Of a stretch of 44,663 nucleotides of DNA, positions 27,747-37,940 are shown in pieces. The notes beneath the pieces were generated by a model. It did no database searches, was not told the origin of the DNA, and worked only from the letters and a program-made list of their open reading frames with translations. The stretch is taken from the sequence record SRR22947727_844; one strand, written 5' to 3'. Made by a program: the position numbers and the translations under genes. Position 1 is the stretch's first letter. Every line of letters starts with the position of its first letter.

Positions 27747-29138
27747 TCACTCCCCAATCTGGGCCTTGATCGCCGCAGCAATCAAATCAGCCTGTTTTTC
27801 GATGTAATCCGAATCTTTCCCCTCAATCAGCAACCGCAACAGCGGCTCGGTTCCTGAATAACGAACCAGCGTCCGTCCCGCGCTGCCAAGTGTCGCTTCG
27901 GTTTCAGTAATCAAATCACTGGCCACCTTCAGTTCCTCGATCGGCAATTTTTCGCGAACGCGAATGTTCCGCTGCGCCTGGGGAAACTTGGTCATCAGTT
28001 TCCGTAACTCGCTGAGCGGCTGCTCACGGCGTTTCATGATTCGCAGAAACTGAACCGCTGCAACAATCCCGTCGCCAGTGGTGTTGAAGTCACGAAAAAT
28101 CAGGTGACCACTTTGCTCTCCACCAAAATTTAAACCGTCCCGGCGCATTTCAGCGACAACGGAACGATCGCCCACTCCAGTTCGAACCACTTTCCCGCCC
28201 ACTTTTTCGAGCGCTTCCTCCAGACCGCCATTGCTCATGATTGTCGCGACGACGGTATCTTTTGCGAGACGCCCCTGAGCGATCAGATCAACTCCCGCAA
28301 TCGCCATCAGTTCATCGCCATCAAGGACAGAACCCGTTTCATCCGCCAGCAAAACGCGGTCCGCATCGCCGTCATGGGAAATCCCGACATCCGCTCCGGT
28401 TTCACGAACGAGTTCCTCAATCACTTCACCATGGGTGCAACCACATTCTTCGTTGATATTTACACCGTTGGGTCGGTTGTGAAACGTGACCACTTCTGCT
28501 CCGAGATGCTTCAAAATCGCTTCGCTGGTTTCAAAACTCGCACCATTCGCGGTATCGAGCGCGATCTTTAAACCGTCAGCCAGGTGATCTTCGACGCCCT
28601 CGCAAACAAAATGAACATAGCGATCCACCGCATTCTCCATCGGAGCGGTTCGACCTATTTTCCCAATCTCGCCAAACGACTCTTCGGATACCAAACGGGC
28701 TTCAATCGCTGCTTCCATTTCATCGGGCAATTTATAGCCATCCGGGCCGAAGAATTTGATGCCGTTGTCGTGAAACGGATTGTGCGAGGCAGAAATCACG
28801 ATCCCGAAATTCGCATTGATCTCCTTCGTCAACATCGCCACCGCCGGAGTGGGAATAACTCCGACAAGACGAACGTCGACACCACGCGAATTGAGTCCTG
28901 CTGCGATCGCCGCCTCCAACATATCGCAGGATTGCCGCGTATCTTTTCCAATCACGACCGTTGGCCAATCCCGGTTAAAACGATCCGATAGGGTTGGTTC
29001 ATCGATCGAACCCTGTTGGTTCGCAAATACTTCCGCCACCGCCTGACCAAGTCGCAAAACGGTTTCAGGAGTGAGCGGGTAAACGCCGGCACGCCCTCGA
29101 ATTCCATCGGTTCCGAATAATTGAAGGGGCTGAGGCAT
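27747..29138 (-). CDS. glmM: Phosphoglucosamine mutase
   Basis: LFGTDGIRG, IGKDTR, ISASHNP..DNGIKFF, DGDADR, GGEQSGH, RYSGTEP. Confidence 0.97.
   Translation of the reverse strand: MPQPLQLFGTDGIRGRAGVYPLTPETVLRLGQAVAEVFANQQGSIDEPTLSDRFNRDWPTVVIGKDTRQSCDMLEAAIAAGLNSRGVDVRLVGVIPTPAVAMLTKEINANFGIVISASHNPFHDNGIKFFGPDGYKLPDEMEAAIEARLVSEESFGEIGKIGRTAPMENAVDRYVHFVCEGVEDHLADGLKIALDTANGASFETSEAILKHLGAEVVTFHNRPNGVNINEECGCTHGEVIEELVRETGADVGISHDGDADRVLLADETGSVLDGDELMAIAGVDLIAQGRLAKDTVVATIMSNGGLEEALEKVGGKVVRTGVGDRSVVAEMRRDGLNFGGEQSGHLIFRDFNTTGDGIVAAVQFLRIMKRREQPLSELRKLMTKFPQAQRNIRVREKLPIEELKVASDLITETEATLGSAGRTLVRYSGTEPLLRLLIEGKDSDYIEKQADLIAAAIKAQIGE
28981..29023. repeat. REP-like inverted doublet inside the glmM coding sequence
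   Basis: cgatccgatagggt-tggttcatcgatcga-accctgttggttcg has the same 14+15+14 layout as the intergenic copies. Confidence 0.8.
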
Positions 29139-29202
29139 ATGATCTAAAAGGAAAAAGAGAGCAGAAACAATACAGCTCACAACTCACACTCTTTGACGCC
29201 GC

Positions 29203-29451
29203 TCACGGAGCTGGAGGCGCGGGAGTTGTGGTATCGGCGCCCGGGATTGGACTGGTCAGAATATCGCTGGTTCCGTCGGGAGGCGTTTGAAGAATCGGCA
29301 AGCTGCCTTTCTCGGGCAATTTCTCGCCGGGAATTGGGAAACTGTATTGCGAATCCGTGCTGGAGCTCGACTTGACAAGATACCAAATTGCGAATGCCAC
29401 AATCAGAGTCGAAATTTTGGTGAGCCAATTATTGAGAATCAGATTCTTCAT
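29203..29451 (-). CDS. Short CdaR/YbbR-like membrane protein (anchor only)
   Basis: MKNLILNNWLTKISTLIVAFAIWYLV resembles the YbbR/CdaR N-terminal anchor. It lies between cdaA and glmM and has a Pro/Thr-rich tail. Confidence 0.65.
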   Translation of the reverse strand: MKNLILNNWLTKISTLIVAFAIWYLVKSSSSTDSQYSFPIPGEKLPEKGSLPILQTPPDGTSDILTSPIPGADTTTPAPPAP

Positions 29452-30307
29452 CATCTTTTTCCTCCCTGTTTTTGGCTTTTGATTCAGACTCGTCAGTGGA
29501 TTCGTCTTCGTTCTCGTTCTCGTCTTCTTCGCTGTCGTCTTCGACGAAAAACAACTCCTTCAAGCGGTCCCGCAGTTGATCCTCAGATAAATCAGCTTCC
29601 AGCTTACCTTCGGTCGCGATCGAGATTCGACCTGTTTCCTCGGAAACGACGAGTGCAATCGCATCGGATTCTTCGGTAATCCCCATTGAGGCTCGATGCC
29701 GAAGCCCAATGCTGCGGTCGCTCATTTCACGTTGAGTCAGCGGAAACACACAGCCCGCCCCGAGAATGCGTTCATCTCCGAGTCGAACAATCATCCCACC
29801 GTCGTGCAGCGTGGTTCCAGAATAAAAAATGGTGCTGACCAGCTCAGTCGACAATCGGCTATCCATTTCGACACCCGTTTCGAGATACTGCTTCAAATCG
29901 ATCGAGCGCTGAATCGCAATCAAAGCTCCCACTCGTCGATGAGAAAGCGACTCTGCGATTTCGACAAGTTTTTCGGTAAACTCTGTTCGGGCTTGCTCGG
30001 AAAAGGACGAAAACAATTTATGGCTTCCGAGTTCTGCCAACGCCCGGCGCAGTTCCGGCACGAAAATAACGACCAGCGCGATCGGAAGAAAGATGGACAC
30101 ATACGCCAATACGCGCGTAATCACGATGAGATCTAACGCCATTGCAATCAACGTCATGCCGATGAAAATTGAAATCAGCGCAATGAAAATTCGGGCACCC
30201 CGCGTGGCTCGGAAATACCGATAGGTCTGATAAATGATGAACCACAGAATGAGTACCTCGACCACGGCGCGCCAGTAGTCTTCGATGTAGGTCAATAAGT
30301 CGTCCAT
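29429..30307 (-). CDS. cdaA: Diadenylate cyclase CdaA
   Basis: Three N-terminal TM helices, FVPELRRAL, GALI, LHDGG, GLRHRA, VVSEETGRIS; acidic tail. Confidence 0.93.
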   Translation of the reverse strand: MDDLLTYIEDYWRAVVEVLILWFIIYQTYRYFRATRGARIFIALISIFIGMTLIAMALDLIVITRVLAYVSIFLPIALVVIFVPELRRALAELGSHKLFSSFSEQARTEFTEKLVEIAESLSHRRVGALIAIQRSIDLKQYLETGVEMDSRLSTELVSTIFYSGTTLHDGGMIVRLGDERILGAGCVFPLTQREMSDRSIGLRHRASMGITEESDAIALVVSEETGRISIATEGKLEADLSEDQLRDRLKELFFVEDDSEEDENENEDESTDESESKAKNREEKDDEESDSQ

Positions 30308-30407
30308 TTACGATCCGTCAGAGAGAAAGTTGAGGTAAGTGCATAATTTACGTCGAAACGTAATGATTGCCGCAATTTTTGAGTGGCTCTTTCGATTTTT
30401 CTGATAA

Positions 30408-31991
30408 TCACGGATTCAGAATAGCCTGAATCCGATGGCCTTTCCGACTCATAATCATAACCGATTGACGGTCTATAGGTAACGAGCCTAGTAAATCGTA
30501 AAACGTCTCAACCGAAGACACTGGATCACGATTGATGAAGTGAATCAAATCGCCGGGCGCAAAACTGGCAGCCGCTTGTGAACCTGCGCTGACTTTTGAG
30601 ATAATGACCGCTGGGGATTTTGAATCGAGCCCAACTGCCTGGCGCTCTGCCGGCGTCAAATCACGAACCGAAATACCAAGTGCCTCCGTAATGGTTTGGC
30701 CGCTTGCAGTGATATCGCTGCGTAATTTCAGCGATCGAGTGTCCGGTCGCTCTGCGATCACTGCTTTCAACGACTTGAGTTTCCCTCTGCTTAAAACGGT
30801 GAGCGCCACTTCGTCTCCGGAATTCTTTTTACGAATCCGCTGCAATGTTTCTTCAGCAGAATTTGTCTCCCGACCATCAAATTTCAAAATCAAATCGCCC
30901 GGTAATGCTCCGGCGGCTTCCGCTGGCGAGTCCTTCATCACTTCGCGGACGATCGCTCCTCGAGCACTTTGCAGACCAAGGCCACGGGCAATTCGAGGAG
31001 ATAAATTCGACAATTCCAAACCGAGATAACCCCGAATCAACGGTTGGCCGTGAGCAATTGCTTCAAAAACTTCGCGCACATCATTCGATGGAATCGCCAA
31101 TCCGATTCCCTGCCACACGTGAACATTCTCTTGTCCGGTAAAAATCGCGACGTTGATCCCAATCAACTCTCCATGAATATCGATCAGCGGACCGCCGGAA
31201 TTACCGGGGTTAATTACGGCATCGACCTGAAAATACTCATTATCACCATCCGAAAGTCGCCGTTGCTTTGCACTGACAATTCCGCGGGTAACGGTTTCAC
31301 TCAAGCCAAACGGATTTCCGACCGCGAGCACCATTTCGCCAACATTCACCTCATCTGAATCTCCAAAAGGAAGTGCCTCAAATTTTGGAAGCGGCGTTGT
31401 GCCATCCGCCGGGATGATTTTTAAAACCGCGATATCAACATTGGGATCACTCCCGATCCATTTGGCTCCATATTGCCCACCATCATGAGTCGTAATTTGA
31501 ATCGAATCCACCCCGGCGACCACGTGATGATTGGTCAGCACATAGCCATCGTCCGAAACAATCACGCCTGAACCCAGACCAGGTGTTTGACGATTACTTC
31601 GGCGATAGCCAAAAAAACCAAAGGGGTCCACTGGGACAAGCGCCTCGGTCGTTTTTGTGGTGTTGATACTTACCACTGATGGCACCACCGAACTCGTAAG
31701 ATCTGATAAAGACCGATTCACCCGCTCCAGCAACTCCGTTCCGTTCAAATCGAGGTCTGACTCGCCTTTCGAAATCGGTTTGGCGACAACTTTTGGAATT
31801 TCCGCCTGCCCCAAAATCGCGTCTTTGATTTTTCCATCGGCCACGGCAGGAGAAACGGGAGTTCCTTCCAGTAAATCGAAGATATTGTACCGATCCTCAT
31901 CACTATGACGATCGATGAAATGCTTGTATCCGAAACCGGCAAGCGCAAGTGCTGTAACGAGAATAATGCTGTTTGCGAGCAGTCTAAACAT
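30408..31991 (-). CDS. HtrA/DegP-family serine protease with two PDZ domains
   Basis: GSGVIV, LTNHHVV, DIAVLKI, INPGNSGGPL, RGYLG. Confidence 0.93.
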   Translation of the reverse strand: MFRLLANSIILVTALALAGFGYKHFIDRHSDEDRYNIFDLLEGTPVSPAVADGKIKDAILGQAEIPKVVAKPISKGESDLDLNGTELLERVNRSLSDLTSSVVPSVVSINTTKTTEALVPVDPFGFFGYRRSNRQTPGLGSGVIVSDDGYVLTNHHVVAGVDSIQITTHDGGQYGAKWIGSDPNVDIAVLKIIPADGTTPLPKFEALPFGDSDEVNVGEMVLAVGNPFGLSETVTRGIVSAKQRRLSDGDNEYFQVDAVINPGNSGGPLIDIHGELIGINVAIFTGQENVHVWQGIGLAIPSNDVREVFEAIAHGQPLIRGYLGLELSNLSPRIARGLGLQSARGAIVREVMKDSPAEAAGALPGDLILKFDGRETNSAEETLQRIRKKNSGDEVALTVLSRGKLKSLKAVIAERPDTRSLKLRSDITASGQTITEALGISVRDLTPAERQAVGLDSKSPAVIISKVSAGSQAAASFAPGDLIHFINRDPVSSVETFYDLLGSLPIDRQSVMIMSRKGHRIQAILNP

Positions 31992-32030
31992 GAGACAGTT
32001 GGAGCGTTAGATGGTGAAAATCAGGTAATT

Positions 32031-33074
32031 TTACTTAGCCCCGACCACTTCATCAATCGTCGGGAAAGATGCAGCGAATGCGCGATCATCTTCAGACAAC
32101 GTCTTGATTGAAACCGTCCACTGTTCGCCATTCACGCCCATTAGCGTCACCAAATCAGGATCCCGTCTGATAAATTTGGCAAAAATGATCGTGTCTTTCT
32201 CTCCTCCCTGCCAATCACGATACCCGTGTTTCCCGAGCATTTTCTTGCGATATTTGCTCTGTTCAAGGATCGGCCACGTCTGTTGTTTCAGTCGATTAAA
32301 ATAATCCACGGCCTTCCCTTTTTTATATCCTGACAGGTGGCAATCCACCTCCCCTTTCGGATTAAAAATCAGCACGTTCGGATAACCTTTGACCTTAAAT
32401 TTTTCCTTCCAGTCCCGCAACGGTTGTGATGCATCCGTTATGTTCCGAGGATAATTCAAATAGCAGATGATCAGATTCTCCTTCACGTATTCGTTGAATG
32501 ATTTGGTTGAGAAAACCTCTTCACTCAATCGCATCGCCGTGGGATTCCAATCACCGGTCATCAGCAGCAGCAGCGGCTTCTGTTCCCGCTCGGCTCGAAG
32601 AAAAGCATAGTGCGGATTGATTTCCCACCAGGCACTGTCCGGATCATCTGGAAATACTTTGACTCGCTCAGGACGAGTTTCTTCAATCGCATAGGCATTT
32701 GCCTGAGAACCACCTCGCGAAATTGCTCCAGTTCCAATACCCGGCATTTCGGAATTATTAACCCCGGGAACAATTTTATCGGGTCCCGTCGGGACTGATT
32801 TGGCAGGAGCCGCCGGAACTTTGGGCAGCGGCTCATTCGATGGAATCGGAATCGAATTGGGGATCTCACGGCGAGTTTCACTCGGTAACATCGGGACTCC
32901 CCCTCCCTTTGATTGCGGCATCTTTGGCTTCGCGCCCGGTGGAGGAGGCAGCAGCGGCCGGTCTCTGGAAAAGAACAATTGCTCCGAGGTCGGCGGATTT
33001 TGGCCGATCGCAGTGGGTCCAAGCACCGCCGCAAGTCCGATTGCGACGAGTTGAATCTGTAGATTTCGTTTCAC
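32031..33074 (-). CDS. Secreted protein: Pro-rich region, thioredoxin-like domain (no CxxC), C-terminal SHD1-like domain
   Basis: AEREQKPLLLLMTGDW, FKVKGYPNVLIFNPKG; YRDWQG...IFAKF...LSEDDRAF. Confidence 0.65.
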   Translation of the reverse strand: MKRNLQIQLVAIGLAAVLGPTAIGQNPPTSEQLFFSRDRPLLPPPPGAKPKMPQSKGGGVPMLPSETRREIPNSIPIPSNEPLPKVPAAPAKSVPTGPDKIVPGVNNSEMPGIGTGAISRGGSQANAYAIEETRPERVKVFPDDPDSAWWEINPHYAFLRAEREQKPLLLLMTGDWNPTAMRLSEEVFSTKSFNEYVKENLIICYLNYPRNITDASQPLRDWKEKFKVKGYPNVLIFNPKGEVDCHLSGYKKGKAVDYFNRLKQQTWPILEQSKYRKKMLGKHGYRDWQGGEKDTIIFAKFIRRDPDLVTLMGVNGEQWTVSIKTLSEDDRAFAASFPTIDEVVGAK

Positions 33075-33126
33075 GTGTTTCAAAAAAAGGTAACCGATTC
33101 TGCCGCTTTCGAAAAGCAACGTTTCA

Positions 33127-33169
33127 CGAGTCAACAGGGTTGGTTAATCGAATGCACCCTGTTACTTCG
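33127..33169. repeat. REP-like inverted doublet
   Basis: cgagtcaacagggt-tggttaatcgaatgc-accctgttacttcg. Confidence 0.8.
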
Positions 33170-33177
33170 TAAAACGT

Positions 33178-33636
33178 CTACGAATCGATTTTTAAAATAC
33201 CATCCGAAAGGATTTTGGCGCGAAGCCCTCCGTTTCCTTTCAATTCCAATTCTGCTCCTTTGTGGAATGCCTGTTCCATCCAATAGCAGGGCGCACATTC
33301 CTGCGTGCCCAAAAAAGTGACGCCTTGAATTTCAAACGTCTCGTCGATCAATTCATTCAAATTCACATCGGAGACGATGACGTTGCGTCGAAATGACTCC
33401 GTGCCCTTGTCATTCACGTCGAATTTTTCGCAAAGTTTCTCGTAAATTTCCTGCGAGAAAAACGTGATTTGTCCTTTGTAATCAGGCTTGAAATCGAAAA
33501 ACCGATCTCCGCGAATCCCGCTTCCCGCAACGCACTCAATCTCGTCGACTTCCACCATAGGCTCAGCTCCGGGTTCCATCCCGTGATGCCCAAAATAATT
33601 GTGGTCTTTCGACAAATACAATTTTCGAATTTTCAC
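33178..33636 (-). CDS. MOSC domain-containing protein
   Basis: GIRGDRF, QITFF, FRRNVIV, ECAPCYWM, GGLRAKILSDG. GTG start chosen to avoid overlap with the upstream gene. Confidence 0.9.
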   Translation of the reverse strand: MKIRKLYLSKDHNYFGHHGMEPGAEPMVEVDEIECVAGSGIRGDRFFDFKPDYKGQITFFSQEIYEKLCEKFDVNDKGTESFRRNVIVSDVNLNELIDETFEIQGVTFLGTQECAPCYWMEQAFHKGAELELKGNGGLRAKILSDGILKIDS

Positions 33637-33646
33637 GGACGGCGAT

Positions 33647-34642
33647 TTAATAAACTCGAATATTCGAATCGCGACGGAGCTGATTGATCCAACGCTCAAA
33701 GTTTTCTCTTCGCTTTTCCGCAGTGAGACGCTTGTCTACTTGATCGCGAATTGCGCTGAGAGGCGGGGCCTTTCCACCGACCTTTGAATCGACTTTAAAG
33801 AGACGCCAAAACGGGCCGTCATCAAAAACTTCGCTCACTTGTCCCGCAGGAAGGCTGAAAACGAAGTTCGTGATTTTTTTATTGAGAACGTTCCGATCAA
33901 TCAAACCAACCGAACCACCAGCAGCTGAAAAACTATCTGCGGAATTTGCCTTTGCCAATGTCGCAAAGTCGCTGGAGCCGCTGACAAGCTTAGATCGAAT
34001 GCTTTTGATGAGCTTTTCCTGAGCTTCTTTGGAGCTGTCCAAGCCTTCTTTCCCAATCGACAACATTCGGAGATTCAACTTTGGGTCTTCCGCGTAATCA
34101 GCTTTATAACGATCGTAAGCCTCTTCGATTTCCTTCGGGGTGTTCAGAATCTGGCCACCACCCGGAGGCAGGCTGTTTCGAGAACGAAGCGCCTGAACTG
34201 CAATTTGGTCTGCCTGAACTTTCCGAAACTGAGGGAATGTCATTCCCGTGTCTTTCAACTCTTTGAGAAATTTGTCCTGATCCCCTTTGAAACGATCTTT
34301 CACAAATTTATCCACCGCTTCGGAAACGATGTGCTCCTTGATTTCGCCGCCGAGTTTTTTGAATTCACTGAGAATTAACTTCCGCTCGATCAGATCTTCC
34401 AACGCACGTCCTTGCATCGCTTTGATCTCGGCCTCCATTTGCGGTTTAGTGACACGCCCTTTGTTCTGCATCAGATAAACCTGAATTTGGGTCTGAATCG
34501 CCGTATCCACCTCCAACCCCGTGATCGGCTCACCATTTACGGTGGCGCGCATGCTGTTGATTTCGGTGACTTGGGATTTGACCGATCCGATCGTCGAGAA
34601 GAGAGCGATCAAAGCCGTAGTCGCTATGCCTGAAATTTTCAT
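33647..34642 (-). CDS. SurA/PpiC-type peptidyl-prolyl isomerase chaperone
   Basis: ATVNGEPIT, LEDLIERKLI, FATLAKANSAD, GGSVG, GQVS, WINQLR. Confidence 0.85.
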   Translation of the reverse strand: MKISGIATTALIALFSTIGSVKSQVTEINSMRATVNGEPITGLEVDTAIQTQIQVYLMQNKGRVTKPQMEAEIKAMQGRALEDLIERKLILSEFKKLGGEIKEHIVSEAVDKFVKDRFKGDQDKFLKELKDTGMTFPQFRKVQADQIAVQALRSRNSLPPGGGQILNTPKEIEEAYDRYKADYAEDPKLNLRMLSIGKEGLDSSKEAQEKLIKSIRSKLVSGSSDFATLAKANSADSFSAAGGSVGLIDRNVLNKKITNFVFSLPAGQVSEVFDDGPFWRLFKVDSKVGGKAPPLSAIRDQVDKRLTAEKRRENFERWINQLRRDSNIRVY

Positions 34643-34681
34643 GTTATTGGGTTTTCTGTTTCTGTGAAGATCATAGCGCAC

Positions 34682-37600
34682 TCAAATCGATTTTACGAGT
34701 TCAAGAGCGTCCTCCAACCATTCCTCGGGTGTGTCTCCATCTAAACGGGGAAACTTACCGTTTATTTGAAGGTAATTGCCTTTTTTTGTAAGCATTAATT
34801 TACGATCATTGATCTCTAAGGCACCAAAACCATTGAGCGCGGCTCGAACTTTCAATTCGGTACAGCTGAGTAAATTTTCTGTTGGAACCGGTGGTCGGCC
34901 AAATCGATCCCGCCAATTTTGTCGCAGCTCGTCGAGTTCTTTCAATCGCGAAACCTCGGCCAACTCACGATAGGCGGTGATTCGGAGTCGAGCCTCAGGC
35001 ATGTAATCGGCCGGAATGTAGCCGGGTAACGAATCTCCGGGGGCCCGCTGATAGTGAGTTTCGTTGGTGCAGAGAAAATCGATATGCACCGGCATGTCGC
35101 AGCGATCCGCCGAGGGTTCGCCTTTCAATTTTGATACGCTTTGCTTCAGCAACTGGCAGTATAAATCGAACCCAATTGCCGCAATGTGACCGCTTTGCTG
35201 AGTACCAAGAAGGTTTCCTGCGCCCCGAATTTCGAGGTCACGCATTGCAATTTTGAAGCCAGCTCCGAGTGACGAGTATTGCTTGATCGCATTGATTCGC
35301 TTTTGAGCATCGCCTCCCGTCAACATGTCCTTAGGCAGCATCAAATACGAATATGCCCGTCGATCAGCCCGACCTACGCGGCCTCGCAACTGATACAAAT
35401 CAGCCAATCCAAAACGATCCGCTCGATCGATAATAATCGTGTTCGCATTGGGAATATCGACGCCACTTTCAATGATCGTCGTGCAAACCAACACGTCGCA
35501 TTCGTGATTGATGAACCGTTTCATTACGTCTTCGAGCTCATCGTTGCCCATTTGTCCATGGCCAATTTCAACCCGGGCGTCCGGCACCAGTTTTTGGATC
35601 CGCGTTTTCATTCCACGGATGGTTTTCACCCGATTATGCAGGAAGAAAACCTGTCCCTCACGGGCGAGCTCTTTTTCAACCGCTGAGCGGATCACCTTTT
35701 CATCATAGGGACAAATCGACGTTGCCACGGCTCGCCGATTTGCAGGCGGCGTGTCGATCGTGGACATTTCTTTCACGCCCATGAGCGATAAATAGAGCGT
35801 CCTCGGGATGGGAGTCGCCGAAAGGGTCAGGACATCGACAAACCGGAAAATCTCTTTGAATCGTTCTTTGTGAGAAACACCAAACCGTTGTTCCTCATCG
35901 ATAACCACGAGTCCAAGATCTTTGTAACGAACGTCTTTTGAAATCAGACGATGCGTTCCGATGACCATATCAACGGTGCCATTGGCCAATCCTTCGACGG
36001 TTTTTCGTTGCTCACCAGGTGACCGATAACGGCTCAGCAATTCGATTTTCACCGGGAAATCCGACATCCGCTCCCGGAAATTGTGATAATGCTGATCGGC
36101 TAACACCGTTGTCGGAGCCAGCATCGCCACCTGCTTTCCAGACATCATCGCCTTGAATGCTGCCCGAATGGCGACTTCGGTTTTTCCAAATCCCACATCG
36201 CCACAGACCAGTCGGTCCATGCAACCCGGTTGCTCCATGTCCTCTTTGGTCGCCTCAATCGCTCGCAGTTGATCCGGCGTTTCTTTGTAAATGAACGCGT
36301 TCTCGAATTCCCACTGCCATTTGTTGTCAGGCGGATGAGCAAAGCCAGTCTGCGTTTCACGCTCAGCTTGGATTTGTAACAACCGCTCCGCGTATTCGAG
36401 AATCGACTTTTCGGTCTTCTCCCGCGTCTTTGCCCAACGTTGATCACCGAGACGACTTAATTTCGGAGCGTTTTTCCCTGAGCCCACGTAGCGGGAAACG
36501 AGATGAGCCTGATCGAGCGGAACATAGAGCCGCGCAAATTCGGCATACTCGATTTCCATGACCTCCTCGTTTTTGATCCCGTTCCGCGTGTCATTTTCGC
36601 GTTCTTTGATCCCCCGGAATTTTCCGATTCCGTAATCCGAATGCACCACGAGATCGCCGTAATTGAATTCCCGAAGGCTCGCCTGCTGCTGATTTGATAC
36701 TCGCTTTTGAGCCAGTTTGTAACGCCGGCGCGATCGGTGATTCTGATACCGCCCAAAAATCTCCGCATCGCTCAGCACTGCAATTTTGGCTTCAGGAATG
36801 GTAAATCCCCGCGCCAATGAACCGAACATCGTTTTTAGAAATCCGTCTTCAAAAGCATCCGCGAAAACGAGTTCTGAAAACCGCTCTTTCTCACCGATTG
36901 AATTGAACGACATCGCCACGGTCCATTTGTCGCGTCGCCATTCGGCAAGCTGGCTGGCAAAATCGGCTCGTTTTTGCTCTTGCAGCACAAAATCGCCCGC
37001 CTCGAATGTCCCGACGGGGTTCGCATAACACGGCGTCGCATCCGTTTCATCATCCGCGAATTCCGCTGAGATGTGAACATGCGCATCATCAACTTCAGCG
37101 TCGATATTGATAATGAGATCGTTCTTGCCGACATAATCGGCCAGAGTCGCGGTTTGCTCCAAATTTGCTTCACTGAGCAGGACTTCCGTGGAATCGACTT
37201 TCTCAACCGACGTCTGCGAATCAACATCAAAAACCCGAATCGAATCGATTTCGTCACCAAACAATTCAATTCGAACCGGATCGCGACCCTGGTATGCAAA
37301 AACATCGATGATTCCTCCACGAACCGCATACTGGCCTCGGCGAAACACTTGAGCGGACGATTCATATCCAGCGCCCTCCAACTGCCCCACAAACCTCTCC
37401 GAATTCAGCTCTTCCCCTACCTTAAACAAAGCCGTGTGATCCGTCAGCGTATTCGGGGCTGGCGCATCTTCTTCAAAACTCGCCCCACAGATCACGATCA
37501 CCAATGGCTGATCTAATTTCGTAGTTCGCCGCTCGTGAACTTCCTTCAATACCGCGAGTCGTTCCGCAGCAGACTCCGGGTCCGGCAGGGCTTCATCAAA

Positions 37601-37885
37601 TCCCGCCCACTCGTATTCAGGCAGCATCATGGCGTTCTCCACACCCCACAACGGCAGCTCGTTGATAATATTTTCCTGAACCTTGATATGCGCGCAGGCT
37701 ATCCAAATCGGATCCGGTTTCGTCCAGTTTCGCACCATCATCGCCGCGTAAAACGACTGCCCTGACTCCGCTACTTGATAGAATTCGGCCTTCTTTTTCT
37801 TAAACCGTGAACAAAACTTTACCGCCCGCTTTTCTAAAATCTCGAAGAGCGGTTCGGCCGTTTCGGGAACTTGCGAAGGAGGCAT
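34682..37885 (-). CDS. mfd: Transcription-repair coupling factor
   Basis: RGGIIDVF, GDLVVHSDYGIG, ETPDQ, GDVGFGKTEVA, DEEQRFGV, SATPIPRT, QLRGRVGR, RDLEIRGAGNLLG. Confidence 0.98.
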   Translation of the reverse strand: MPPSQVPETAEPLFEILEKRAVKFCSRFKKKKAEFYQVAESGQSFYAAMMVRNWTKPDPIWIACAHIKVQENIINELPLWGVENAMMLPEYEWAGFDEALPDPESAAERLAVLKEVHERRTTKLDQPLVIVICGASFEEDAPAPNTLTDHTALFKVGEELNSERFVGQLEGAGYESSAQVFRRGQYAVRGGIIDVFAYQGRDPVRIELFGDEIDSIRVFDVDSQTSVEKVDSTEVLLSEANLEQTATLADYVGKNDLIINIDAEVDDAHVHISAEFADDETDATPCYANPVGTFEAGDFVLQEQKRADFASQLAEWRRDKWTVAMSFNSIGEKERFSELVFADAFEDGFLKTMFGSLARGFTIPEAKIAVLSDAEIFGRYQNHRSRRRYKLAQKRVSNQQQASLREFNYGDLVVHSDYGIGKFRGIKERENDTRNGIKNEEVMEIEYAEFARLYVPLDQAHLVSRYVGSGKNAPKLSRLGDQRWAKTREKTEKSILEYAERLLQIQAERETQTGFAHPPDNKWQWEFENAFIYKETPDQLRAIEATKEDMEQPGCMDRLVCGDVGFGKTEVAIRAAFKAMMSGKQVAMLAPTTVLADQHYHNFRERMSDFPVKIELLSRYRSPGEQRKTVEGLANGTVDMVIGTHRLISKDVRYKDLGLVVIDEEQRFGVSHKERFKEIFRFVDVLTLSATPIPRTLYLSLMGVKEMSTIDTPPANRRAVATSICPYDEKVIRSAVEKELAREGQVFFLHNRVKTIRGMKTRIQKLVPDARVEIGHGQMGNDELEDVMKRFINHECDVLVCTTIIESGVDIPNANTIIIDRADRFGLADLYQLRGRVGRADRRAYSYLMLPKDMLTGGDAQKRINAIKQYSSLGAGFKIAMRDLEIRGAGNLLGTQQSGHIAAIGFDLYCQLLKQSVSKLKGEPSADRCDMPVHIDFLCTNETHYQRAPGDSLPGYIPADYMPEARLRITAYRELAEVSRLKELDELRQNWRDRFGRPPVPTENLLSCTELKVRAALNGFGALEINDRKLMLTKKGNYLQINGKFPRLDGDTPEEWLEDALELVKSI

Positions 37886-37940
37886 CGGGCGTAGATGCGA
37901 AGGTTCCTTCTACTTCGCTGGAAAATCAAACGGCGACTCT

